Source: an uncultured Bacillaceae bacterium
Lineage (GTDB): Bacteria > Bacillota > Bacilli > Bacillales > Bacillaceae_L
Direction of reading: 5' to 3'
NCBI GenBank assembly: GCA_947497585.1
Contig: CANMHG010000013.1
Span: forward strand, 13,568-77,567
Length of the DNA stretch: 64,000 bases
Shown here piece after piece: positions 1 through 8,919 of the stretch. A program made the translations under genes and the position numbers. The notes below the pieces were generated by a model. It made no database searches. It worked only from the letters and a program-made list of their open reading frames with translations, and had not been told where the DNA came from. The first letter of the stretch is position 1. Each line of letters opens with the position of its first letter.

Positions 1-8
1 ATCACTAT

Positions 9-935
9 TTATTCCCCCTGATTAATGGTTGATATGATTAATGAATATAATTCTTGAGCCGTAAATCGGTTTATTGGTCTACGTATTTGGTAAAGTTGAA
101 TATTATTGACAAAACTTGTCGTAAAAGTAAAATGCCATTCCAATAAGCCAGAAGGTTCTAGAAAGAAATTACGGTAGGTATGATAATACAATACTTGCAA
201 GCGTTCTAGACTATTAATAGGTTGTATATCAATAAGTTCATTTTCCGTCTTTGTTAATTCATACACTCCAGCTAGTGGGAGTTGCTTAGTTGCAAATTGA
301 GAATGAACTGGTATGGCAAACTTTGTTTCTCGCTCAATAATCGGGCGCAAACCGTCGAGCTCGATTCCAAATTCCTCAAGACTATTTTTCCATAGCTTTT
401 GTTGTGGATAAGCTGGTGTTACGACAGGAACATTTCCTTCAGTAAGCATAACTGGTATGACATCATCACTAATAAGCTGGTGGCCCCTATTTAGAAATGC
501 TGTTGCAAGCGTTGACTTTCCTGCACCAGAATCGCCAACAATTGCATATGCCTTTCCATTAACTTCTATTGCACTACCATGTAATGGTAGTATTTTTCGT
601 TGTAATAAGATTAACCCCATACATGTACCAAGTATATATAGCCTTAGCTGGTCTTCATGTACATTCTCCATTGGTGATACTAATATTTCTTTTCCTTCTT
701 TTACTAGGAAAATAGCTACATTTGGTATTTTAAACATTATCGTATCTTTATCCATACAGTAATAATTATTGTTTTCGCCTACTTCAAACCAGTCTTTTGA
801 TAGATTAGAATATTTAATTTCAATATCCACTTGAAATCCTTGTTTTTGAACTGAATAGAGTTCAGGTAGAAGGATTTCACTACTTATATTTAACCCAAAC
901 GCTGTGAAATCTGCACTTAATAATGTATCTTTCAT
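9..935 (-). CDS. Lasso peptide kinase, HPr kinase-like (PadeK type)
   Basis: LHGSA motif and Walker A GDSGAGKST; xxSDD motif; directly downstream of a lasso precursor ending in Ser, as in paeninodin-type clusters. Confidence 0.85.
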   Translation of the reverse strand: MKDTLLSADFTAFGLNISSEILLPELYSVQKQGFQVDIEIKYSNLSKDWFEVGENNNYYCMDKDTIMFKIPNVAIFLVKEGKEILVSPMENVHEDQLRLYILGTCMGLILLQRKILPLHGSAIEVNGKAYAIVGDSGAGKSTLATAFLNRGHQLISDDVIPVMLTEGNVPVVTPAYPQQKLWKNSLEEFGIELDGLRPIIERETKFAIPVHSQFATKQLPLAGVYELTKTENELIDIQPINSLERLQVLYYHTYRNFFLEPSGLLEWHFTFTTSFVNNIQLYQIRRPINRFTAQELYSLIISTINQGE

Positions 936-969
936 ATTTCCCCCTAGTTAAAGAGATAGATATACTTGC

Positions 970-1002
970 AACCCTTATATAAATGATATTTATATAAGGG
1001 TT
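970..1002 (-). promoter_or_regulatory. Perfect 15-bp stem-loop between precursor A1 and kinase (attenuator or mRNA stabiliser)
   Basis: AACCCTTATATAAAT-gat-ATTTATATAAGGGTT. Confidence 0.6.
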
Positions 1003-1022
1003 ATAATAATAGTTAATATTAA

Positions 1023-1196
1023 TTAGCTACCACCTAATAAATCAGGATGTACACATGCTTTATTTATCTTACCGTCGGGGTCAATATTTGGATGCGAACT
1101 CGTGCAATAACTATCTGAAACTGCTTCACCATCACCACCCATTGTCATACCAATATTAAGTACTTCTAAAACTGGCTGTTTCCATGATTTTCTCAT
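1023..1196 (-). CDS. Lasso peptide precursor A1, 57 aa: MRKSWKQPVLEVLNIGMTM / GGDGEAVSDSYCTSSHPNIDPDGKINKACVHPDLLGGS
   Basis: Hand-translated, not in ORF track. WxxPxLEVL leader, Thr at -2, Gly1, Asp9, C-terminal Ser; ATG overlaps the cyclase stop (TAATG). Confidence 0.92.
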   Translation of the reverse strand: MRKSWKQPVLEVLNIGMTMGGDGEAVSDSYCTSSHPNIDPDGKINKACVHPDLLGGS

Positions 1197-3163
1197 TAAA
1201 TCACCCCCTTTCTTCTAGTCTTTCTAATAAATCGATAGAGAACTAGAGCACGTGTTAACACTCTAAAATCATCTTTTAATACGAAATCCTGTTGAGGTAC
1301 CTCACTGTACTTAGGGATTAAATCTTTTATTACTTCTATATTGATTAGATCTTCTATTATAGGATCTCTAATAAGTTGTTGAAGTTCATCAATAAATGCC
1401 TTCCAAGTAGGAGTCATTCGATGTATTAGGTCTGCAGACTGCATACCTCGGCTTTTGTTGTTTAACCTAACCATATCTGGAAGATAGTGTCGGGTTGCTC
1501 GCCTAATTAATGAGCGATCCAACCCTCCTTTTGTATATTGTTCATTAGGTATAGATAAACAAAAACGTATCACTCTAATATCATTAGTTGGGTCTCGGTC
1601 CCATAATGAATATCTTAATGACAATTTCGTTGTTGCATTTCCTGTCTTATTCCAAGAATATAGTTTTGCAAAATGCTCATTTCTACCAATAAATGGTTTT
1701 CGACTAGATTCTTCTGTATGATTAACTCCATAATTTGCTAGCTTTTCATTTATGTTTGTTTTATTTGCTAATAAAGGATGAAGTAAGGATGGGAATCGGT
1801 AATCATCCTGATTATCATTATTAAAAATATTTGTAATAGAAGGTAAACTCCTCTTCACCAAAACTGGAAGAATAGTTGATTTTCCTGTATTGAAATTTTC
1901 ACAATACAGATCTAATTCTCTATATAATCTAAGCCACCTAAGATTCCTAAATAAATCTGTATAGTAATCTAAGTTGCACATGATAGAACCCCAAGAGATT
2001 GAAAAATTCCCTCTTGCTCCATTCAAGAGTACTTTAATTCCACTTTGCTGTGCCTTCTCATTTATCCCCATCAACCAAAACGAGTTTTCAAAAAATTTAT
2101 ATGGCATTTCCATAATATCTAGAAACTCGTCTAACTCTGTTAGTGGATTCCTGCCTTCAAAGTTTAAATAATGGTCAGTAATATTCCCCACTTGATTAAC
2201 GGTTTCCTTAATAAACGGTCGTTCATCAGCAATTAGATATTTTGAAGTCCAATCAACAAAGTCATTTGAGGGTATGTAACTAAAGGTGTATAATCTTTTG
2301 TTCTCTTTACACAGTTCCTTAGAGGCAAAACTAACGACAGATCCTGAATCTAAACCTCCACTTAGCTGCGCACCAACATTCCCAAAGGTACGTAGTCTAT
2401 CCTTAACAGCTCTTTCAAAAACTTCTCTAAAGGCCTCTTCATATTCACTATCTGATTTAAGTTTAATCATCTTGCAATCAACAACATTGCAATATTGAGA
2501 AATTCTTACTTTACCATTCTTAATAGAGATGGAATGTGCCGGAGGTATTTGCTTAATATCTTTATAGACAGTGGAGAGTGTATCGACTGATTCCACCATA
2601 CTAGGTATTGCTAAAAACTCTGCTAACCATTCCTCATTAAGCTCTTTACTAACATAGGGAAGAGAAAACAATGGTTCAATAGTCGTGGAAAAGGCAAATC
2701 GATTGTAGTCATTGAAAAAATATAGAGTTCTTGCTCCAGAAAAATCTCTTGCTCCAAAGAGAGTCCGCTCAATTTCATCCCATATGACGAATACAAAATC
2801 CCCTACCAAATGCTTTGGAGAGTCTTCTCCCCACTTTCTGTATGCTAGTAAAATTAATTTACTATCCGTCATTAGTGCTCTTTTCTCTTTTCGAACATCT
2901 AGCTTTTCAAACAATTCATTACGGTTATCAATAATACAATCTGATGTTATATATAGATTAGTTTCATAGTCATAATACGGTAGTTTTTCATTAACTGATT
3001 CAGGAGTGATCCATTGTGCGTGGCAACCAAAGAACAGATTCCCAGTATGAATCATATGGATATCATCCGCAGGAAACTGCTTGAACACCCTCATTAGTTC
3101 TTTAGTTTGTACAAGGTTAATAGGCTCTTGACTAAAATGAATTAGACCAGCGATTGCACTCAT
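1196..3163 (-). CDS. Lasso peptide cyclase C1 (asparagine synthetase-like, PadeC type)
   Basis: Starts MSAIAG, lacking the AsnB catalytic Cys; LSGGLDSG ATP motif; adjacent to precursor; start reassigned to ATG 3163 after GGAGG. Confidence 0.9.
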   Translation of the reverse strand: MSAIAGLIHFSQEPINLVQTKELMRVFKQFPADDIHMIHTGNLFFGCHAQWITPESVNEKLPYYDYETNLYITSDCIIDNRNELFEKLDVRKEKRALMTDSKLILLAYRKWGEDSPKHLVGDFVFVIWDEIERTLFGARDFSGARTLYFFNDYNRFAFSTTIEPLFSLPYVSKELNEEWLAEFLAIPSMVESVDTLSTVYKDIKQIPPAHSISIKNGKVRISQYCNVVDCKMIKLKSDSEYEEAFREVFERAVKDRLRTFGNVGAQLSGGLDSGSVVSFASKELCKENKRLYTFSYIPSNDFVDWTSKYLIADERPFIKETVNQVGNITDHYLNFEGRNPLTELDEFLDIMEMPYKFFENSFWLMGINEKAQQSGIKVLLNGARGNFSISWGSIMCNLDYYTDLFRNLRWLRLYRELDLYCENFNTGKSTILPVLVKRSLPSITNIFNNDNQDDYRFPSLLHPLLANKTNINEKLANYGVNHTEESSRKPFIGRNEHFAKLYSWNKTGNATTKLSLRYSLWDRDPTNDIRVIRFCLSIPNEQYTKGGLDRSLIRRATRHYLPDMVRLNNKSRGMQSADLIHRMTPTWKAFIDELQQLIRDPIIEDLINIEVIKDLIPKYSEVPQQDFVLKDDFRVLTRALVLYRFIRKTRRKGVI

Positions 3164-3210
3164 GATATCCTCCAACCCAAAGATAAATTAACTATACAGC
3201 ACACCCTTTT

Positions 3211-3226
3211 GTTCATTATAATGAAC
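3211..3226. promoter_or_regulatory. SinR-type operator upstream of cyclase C1
   Basis: Perfect 16-bp palindrome GTTCATTATAATGAAC. Confidence 0.65.
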
Positions 3227-3252
3227 ACTACCTCAAAAAAATTTCACTGTAA

Positions 3253-4476
3253 CTATTGTTCGTTCTTTATAAGTATGGACATTGATGACAGATTCGTAAG
3301 ATTATTTTTTGTTAAATAATCAATTATTGGATTTTTATCAAACGTATGATGTTCCACATTTCTTGAAAATGTTTGAAATAGCTTTACTACTATACTAACG
3401 TTAAAGTCTTCTTTATGATAAGCCAATAATCCTATAGTCTTCATTTTCAATAATGAATAATTGACAACTAGCATACTATACATTTCAAATACATCATTTT
3501 CTTTTGCTACTGGAAATAGATTTTTAAACATGTAGTTCACTAGGTAATTTTCAAAAATATATTCATGTTCTCTTATAAAGGGCTTAAAAAATGTTTCATA
3601 GGTATTCATGTAATCTTCTATACTCGACTCGTCTAGAGTTGGACCAGTAAATTTTATTCCATCTAATGATTCCATTACGCATTCCAAGTATCTTTTATCT
3701 TTAAGACCCGTGAAAATACCTATATCTACAATCTTCCTTAGAATCTGTATCTGATTATTTAAATCTAAGGGCAAATCATGGATCCTGTTAATTATTTCAC
3801 CACTATCAATTAATTGTTCGTAATTTCCTATTATATCAGTTATTTCATTATCTACTAACTTTATTAGGATTTCTTCCATAAACACTCCCAGTATTAGTAA
3901 CCGATCAGTCAAACTATACTTTCTATTTTGTACTATTTTTATTGAAAAATCTCTTAGTTCTAGAAAATAGTAGCGTTCTTTATGGGTACTTTCATATTTA
4001 GATGAATTTATCTTTCTTGATACCAAGTGACGGGTACTGGTTGATTCATTTATTTCTTCAAACTGAATCCCATTTGAATTGAGTAGCACAGTACGAGCTG
4101 CCTCTGGACAAGACACTGTTAATGAACTCTCAAGTCCCCCATTTACAAGGGATGTCACACGAGGGTATGTTGCACATAAATTTGAAAGATAGCCTTCTCC
4201 TTTATCAATATGCACACTACATAATTTTTCCTCAGTAAGTAAAGGACATAACGATTGTGAATTTAGAATAATCTCAGCAAACCATTCTTTGTTTGATTTA
4301 AACTCTATTTTTTTCAGAGATTTCTTTAACTTTTCATTTGATGATACCTGGTATTTCTCATAGGTATCTTGGTCAATTGTAATCCTCCATCCTGAGCAAC
4401 ATGTATCTTCACATGAAGAACCAACACATGAGAATTGTTTTAGATATTGAGGGACTCGAATGGTACGAGTTGACAT
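3253..4476 (-). CDS. FliB-family (flagellin lysine N-methylase-like) Cys-rich Fe-S protein
   Basis: FSCVGSSCEDTCCSGWRITID, CPLL..LCSVH, CATYPR, SCPEA; C-terminal ENYLVNYMF..LFP pattern typical of FliB. Confidence 0.75.
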   Translation of the reverse strand: MSTRTIRVPQYLKQFSCVGSSCEDTCCSGWRITIDQDTYEKYQVSSNEKLKKSLKKIEFKSNKEWFAEIILNSQSLCPLLTEEKLCSVHIDKGEGYLSNLCATYPRVTSLVNGGLESSLTVSCPEAARTVLLNSNGIQFEEINESTSTRHLVSRKINSSKYESTHKERYYFLELRDFSIKIVQNRKYSLTDRLLILGVFMEEILIKLVDNEITDIIGNYEQLIDSGEIINRIHDLPLDLNNQIQILRKIVDIGIFTGLKDKRYLECVMESLDGIKFTGPTLDESSIEDYMNTYETFFKPFIREHEYIFENYLVNYMFKNLFPVAKENDVFEMYSMLVVNYSLLKMKTIGLLAYHKEDFNVSIVVKLFQTFSRNVEHHTFDKNPIIDYLTKNNLTNLSSMSILIKNEQ

Positions 4477-4548
4477 TCATTCTTTCCTTTCTGGGTAAGT
4501 ATTACTTTTACACTTACTCCTTTATTGTAACTTACCTACGGAACGTCT

Positions 4549-4646
4549 TTTCACTATAAAGAACTAGTTTGACAATATCTCGTCAAAATTATTCTTTATT
4601 AAGAACAATATATGTTAAAAATATCATCTTAAAGCTTAGGTGTCAA
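4549..4646 (-). promoter_or_regulatory. sigma-A promoter for the FliB-like gene with two downstream SinR-type boxes
   Basis: TTGACA (4641-4646), 17 nt, TGa-TATTTT (4618-4623); boxes at 4591-4606 and 4549-4564. Confidence 0.65.
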
Positions 4647-4715
4647 TAATAAATGGGCTTTTAAAAAGGAAAAAGGAAAATTATTATTGGGGGTAAGAGG
4701 GACTCTATAGACAAG

Positions 4716-4739
4716 GCCCCTAATTATATTTCTAGGGGC
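4716..4739 (-). terminator. Stem-loop after precursor A2
   Basis: GCCCCTA-N10-TAGGGGC; no strong U-tract. Confidence 0.4.
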
Positions 4740-4767
4740 TAGGTTTAAGAATGCTGGGTATAGAAAC

Positions 4768-4917
4768 TTAACTATCAATATCGTTTCCCCATGTTAAATC
4801 ACTAAATCTTGTGTTAGCAGGGAATGAATCATCGATAAAGTCTCCGGGTTGTGTATTCGCCATCGTCAAGTTTACATCTAGTACCTCAAGAACAGGCTTT
4901 ATCCATTCTTTTTTCAA
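4768..4917 (-). CDS. Lasso peptide precursor A2, 49 aa: MKKEWIKPVLEVLDVNLTM / ANTQPGDFIDDSFPANTRFSDLTWGNDIDS
   Basis: Hand-translated, TTG start after AAAGGAGGTG; paeninodin-like leader WxxPxLEVLDV..TM; C-terminal Ser; immediately after cyclase C2. Confidence 0.92.
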   Translation of the reverse strand: MKKEWIKPVLEVLDVNLTMANTQPGDFIDDSFPANTRFSDLTWGNDIDS

Positions 4918-4932
4918 ACCTATCACCTCCTT

Positions 4933-6876
4933 TCAGGTAAACATTTTATTAATAAATTTATATACTATAAGACTTCTCATTAATATCCTATAATCAGGGT
5001 CGGTCGCGTTTTCTACTCGTGGGCCATTTTCAGCCTTACTAATTGCTACATTTAAGACTTTGGCGTCTATAAATTCAAAAATAAGGTTATCTTTCTTTAG
5101 TTGTTGTATGTCCTTTATATATAATCCCCAATTTGGTTTCATTCGATGAACCCAATCTGCTCCTTGAACTCCACGAATATGTTGGTTTAGTCTGATTTTA
5201 TCTGGCAAATAACTCTGTGTAGCTCTTCGAATAAGAGCACGGTCCATACCATTTTGAACATACTGGTCTTCAGGTAGTGATAAGCAAAAACGAATAACAC
5301 GAATATCATTTGTTGGATCTCGTTTCCAAAGAGAATAACGCAAAGAAAATTTTGTGGAAACTGTATTTGTAGCATTCCAATGAAATACATCTTCAAAGTG
5401 ATTTTTTCTTTGCTTAAAAATATTATCAGTAGAGTACCATCCCGTTTCATCCATACCAAATTTTCTAAGTTTATCGAATACCCTAGTTCGATTTGCAAAT
5501 TCTTGGTTAATTATCTTGGGACTTTTATATTGAGTGGTAAGTGGAAACAACCGATCAATCATAGGAAACGCTTCTCTTACAATAATGGGTAACCTTCTTA
5601 ATCTAGCACCGCCTATATTTTGACTATAATAATTTAATTCTTTAATAAGGCGAAACCACTTCATTTTTTTAAGTAGTATTGCATAATATTCTATTGCCGA
5701 CCCCCAAGAAACACCTAAGTTCCCTCTTCCGCCATTTAAAAGAACTCCAACATTCTCTTTTTGAGCATTCTCAAACATTCCCTTTATCCAAAACGAGTTT
5801 TCAAAAAACTTGTAGGGCATCTCCATTGTTTCTAAAAAATCATCCAATTCCGTGTATGGGCTTTTCCCTTCAAAATCTAAATAATGTGCCTTGACATTTC
5901 CTACATAATTAACTGTTGATTCAATGAAAGGTCGTTCATTAGGCATTAAATATTTTGGGGTGTAATCTATAAAATCAGTGGTTGGAATATAACTAAAAGT
6001 TTGTAATTCTTTTCCTAGTAGTTGTAATTGTTTTGCTGCAAAGCTTACAACTGCTCCAGAATCAAGGCCTCCACTTAATTGAGCCCCCACTTTATGAATA
6101 GTACGTAATCGAGATTTAACAGCTTTACTAAAGACTTCTTGGAAGGCTTCTACATACTCTTCATTAGAATTTAATTTTAATGGTTTGCTGGCATATAAAT
6201 TACAATATCTCTTAATCTTTACCGAATCTCTAGTAATTGAAATAAAATGAGCTGGTGGAATTTGTTTTATATCTTGGTAGGGTGTCATAGAGGAATCAAT
6301 TGTATCTATCACAGTAGTAATTGCTAAATACTCTGCTAACCATTTTTCATTTAATTGTCTCGTTACATCAGGCTGTGTAAGTAACGGTTCTATTGTTGTA
6401 CAAAAAGAAAAGTTCTGATGATTATGACGGTAATAAAGTGTTCTTCCCCCTGAAAAGTCTCTTGCTGCAAATATAGAGTGTGCCCTTTCGTCCCAAATGA
6501 CATATGCAAAGTCACCAACTAGATATTTTGGTGATTCCTCACCCCACTTTTCGTAGCCTCGCAAAATTAACTGACTGTCAGGTATCGATTTCTCTAGTAT
6601 CGGATCGATCTTCAGTAGACCAAATAGTTCTTCACGATTATCAATAATTGCATCAGATACTATTGCGAGCTTTCTCTCGTAATCATAGAAAGGGAGGCTT
6701 TCACCGATTGATTCAGGAGTAATCCATTGCATATGACAACCTAAGAAGACTGTATTATTATTCCACGTTTGAATGTCATCGGCTGGATATCTTTTTAAGG
6801 ACTCCATTAATCTAGTACCATTTTCTATTCGAATAGGTTGCTTATTTAGATGTATAATTCCTGTTATTGCACTCAT
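4933..6876 (-). CDS. Lasso peptide cyclase C2 (asparagine synthetase-like, PadeC type)
   Basis: MSAITG start without catalytic Cys; LSGGLDSG; collinear with C1 (MPYKFFENSFW, RDPTNDIRVIRFCLS shared). Confidence 0.9.
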   Translation of the reverse strand: MSAITGIIHLNKQPIRIENGTRLMESLKRYPADDIQTWNNNTVFLGCHMQWITPESIGESLPFYDYERKLAIVSDAIIDNREELFGLLKIDPILEKSIPDSQLILRGYEKWGEESPKYLVGDFAYVIWDERAHSIFAARDFSGGRTLYYRHNHQNFSFCTTIEPLLTQPDVTRQLNEKWLAEYLAITTVIDTIDSSMTPYQDIKQIPPAHFISITRDSVKIKRYCNLYASKPLKLNSNEEYVEAFQEVFSKAVKSRLRTIHKVGAQLSGGLDSGAVVSFAAKQLQLLGKELQTFSYIPTTDFIDYTPKYLMPNERPFIESTVNYVGNVKAHYLDFEGKSPYTELDDFLETMEMPYKFFENSFWIKGMFENAQKENVGVLLNGGRGNLGVSWGSAIEYYAILLKKMKWFRLIKELNYYSQNIGGARLRRLPIIVREAFPMIDRLFPLTTQYKSPKIINQEFANRTRVFDKLRKFGMDETGWYSTDNIFKQRKNHFEDVFHWNATNTVSTKFSLRYSLWKRDPTNDIRVIRFCLSLPEDQYVQNGMDRALIRRATQSYLPDKIRLNQHIRGVQGADWVHRMKPNWGLYIKDIQQLKKDNLIFEFIDAKVLNVAISKAENGPRVENATDPDYRILMRSLIVYKFINKMFT

Positions 6877-6904
6877 AATTTTTTCTCCCTGACTAACTTA
6901 TGAT

Positions 6905-7044
6905 TTTCACTATAAAGAACAATAGTTAATTTAAACACAAGGATAATTTATAAATTTCAAGTTAATTATCTTTAGTTCCAATAATTTTGTTCTTTATAAG
7001 GAACATCTTCATTTAAAGTTAACACTTTTTCTGAACAGTGTCAA
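6905..7044 (-). promoter_or_regulatory. sigma-A promoter for cyclase C2 with two downstream SinR-type boxes
   Basis: TTGACA (7039-7044), 17 nt, TGt-TAACTT (7016-7021); boxes at 6989-7004 and 6905-6920. Confidence 0.65.
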
Positions 7045-7120
7045 TATTTCAGTTATTAGGAATAGGCCAAAAGGCGAATCAGAAGAAGCTATATTTTTGA
7101 TGGTTATTGGAGAATATAAT

Positions 7121-7146
7121 AGACACTCAAACTAAGATGAGTGTCT
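7121..7146 (-). terminator. Probable terminator at the end of the EPS locus
   Basis: AGACACTCA-N8-TGAGTGTCT. Confidence 0.5.
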
Positions 7147-7180
7147 AAATACCTAATAACAAATTTTATTAACTATTAAT

Positions 7181-8260
7181 TTATAAAACGATATGGTCGA
7201 GGGTTCCTCTTAGAACTTCATTCTCTGTAGTCAATACCGGTTCTCTATCCATATCCCTAATCCATAGTAACCCATCCGGAAGAGGATTAAACTTCGTATC
7301 AAGCGCAGGAAACTTATTGTACAGAATAATATCTTTATAGATCTCAGGCATATTTAATCCTGCTTCTGTAAAGAAATAACATGTCGTAAAAAAGCGCATA
7401 TTTATCTCAGTAGGGTTAGGGAAATCATTTCTGTCATACGTCATATCCACACCGTATACTCCATGAGGCTTCTTATCAATCGCATATATTGTTTCCATAG
7501 CTACTTTGTTCACTGTTTCATCTGAGTAAGTCTCACCTACCCCAGTTATTCCAGTCACACCTGATAGTGTCCGATTACCAAATCCCCAGGACTTTCTTCT
7601 TCTAGTTTGGGCTACAACTAGCTCGCCTTCATACCAAATAGATAACCAAGTAACCGTCTTATCAGACTGGAGTAACTCTGAAGCAGTAAAACTTCCCCAA
7701 CCGTTATAGATATCTATCCAGTTTTGAGCAAACTCATAATCATTTGTAGGTAGTGCTCCTCTTCCACCAGCACCTACTGTAGATCTTAACCAGATTTTCC
7801 CCTCTTCATCTCCTAGATCTTGAAAAGCTTGTTTTAATTCATGTTTATCTCGAATAGGCAGTGTTTTTGGCACCTTAATACCTGTAGCTTCCCAAACCTT
7901 ATAGGATTTATATTTATCTGTACATGCTTCAATCACATCATGATCTGGCATAAATAACTTTGTACCTGTAGCTGTGATTTCATCTCGAAATCTTGAGGCT
8001 TCGAGTATTTCTCTATCATTCATAAAAACAGCTAAACTAGGTTTATCATTATTCATAATACCCAGTAATTCTTTTTTATAATCTTTTCCGAATGCATATT
8101 CATATGGGATGTGTCGCTTAGTTTCAGCCTTCGAAGTATACAAATTATAAGGATTCCTTGATAACCCTATTACTTCGTTCCTAATTTCCGCCTTATTCCA
8201 CGATTTTATAACATTCTCTGCTGGCGAAACCCCGACATCAGTTATTAGTATTTTCTCCAT
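7181..8260 (-). CDS. ATP-grasp (carboxylate-amine ligase-like) protein
   Basis: DKYKSY..W, IKVPKT, GAGGRG loop, GVDMT...TEINMRF pattern. Confidence 0.75.
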   Translation of the reverse strand: MEKILITDVGVSPAENVIKSWNKAEIRNEVIGLSRNPYNLYTSKAETKRHIPYEYAFGKDYKKELLGIMNNDKPSLAVFMNDREILEASRFRDEITATGTKLFMPDHDVIEACTDKYKSYKVWEATGIKVPKTLPIRDKHELKQAFQDLGDEEGKIWLRSTVGAGGRGALPTNDYEFAQNWIDIYNGWGSFTASELLQSDKTVTWLSIWYEGELVVAQTRRRKSWGFGNRTLSGVTGITGVGETYSDETVNKVAMETIYAIDKKPHGVYGVDMTYDRNDFPNPTEINMRFFTTCYFFTEAGLNMPEIYKDIILYNKFPALDTKFNPLPDGLLWIRDMDREPVLTTENEVLRGTLDHIVL

Positions 8261-8278
8261 TTCAGCACCTCTTTATAA

Positions 8279-8893
8279 TTATAGATTCCTAGATATTCCC
8301 TTGTACCTTTCCATACTGAAGTGATTCTTTGAACTTACTCCTTCTTTTTTAAATACCTTTTTTATTGTTACTAGTAAAATTTTCATATCCAGCCAAACAG
8401 ATTGATTATTAACATACCAGATATCTAATTCAAATTTTTCTTCCCAGTTAATTGCATTCCGTCCGTTTATTTGAGCCCAGCCAGTTATCCCGGGTTTGAC
8501 TTCATGTCTTCGAGCCTGTTCTTCGGTATACAAAGGTAAATACTCCATTAATAATGGACGGGGACCTACTAAACTTAAATCACCCTTAATGACATTGAAT
8601 AGTTGTGGTAACTCATCTAAACTATATTTACGTAACAAGATTCCTAGTTTGGTTAATCTGTATTTTCCAGGTAATAGATTGCCTTGATTATCTTTCTTAT
8701 CATTCATTGTTCTAAACTTATATATATATAAAGGCTTTCCATATAAACCTGGTCGGACTTGTTTAAATAATATTGGTGAACCCATCTTTATATAAATAAT
8801 TGCGGAAATCAGAATTAAAAATGGCGAAAAAATAATGACTAATGATAGGGCACCAAATAAATCTATTAATCTTTTCAAAGTATCCACCTCCAT
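8279..8893 (-). CDS. Priming sugar-phosphate transferase (EpsL/PglC family)
   Basis: KRLIDL, FKQVRPG, YKFRTM, SLDELPQL, VGPRP, KPGITGWAQ. Confidence 0.92.
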   Translation of the reverse strand: MEVDTLKRLIDLFGALSLVIIFSPFLILISAIIYIKMGSPILFKQVRPGLYGKPLYIYKFRTMNDKKDNQGNLLPGKYRLTKLGILLRKYSLDELPQLFNVIKGDLSLVGPRPLLMEYLPLYTEEQARRHEVKPGITGWAQINGRNAINWEEKFELDIWYVNNQSVWLDMKILLVTIKKVFKKEGVSSKNHFSMERYKGISRNL

Positions 8894-8919
8894 AACATTA
8901 CTTTGAAAAATATTTTAAG

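Noticed and set aside
1196-6876. Calling the two AsnB-like ORFs asparagine synthetases
   Set aside because: Both lack the N-terminal catalytic Cys (MSAI vs MCGI), and each is directly followed by a lasso precursor.
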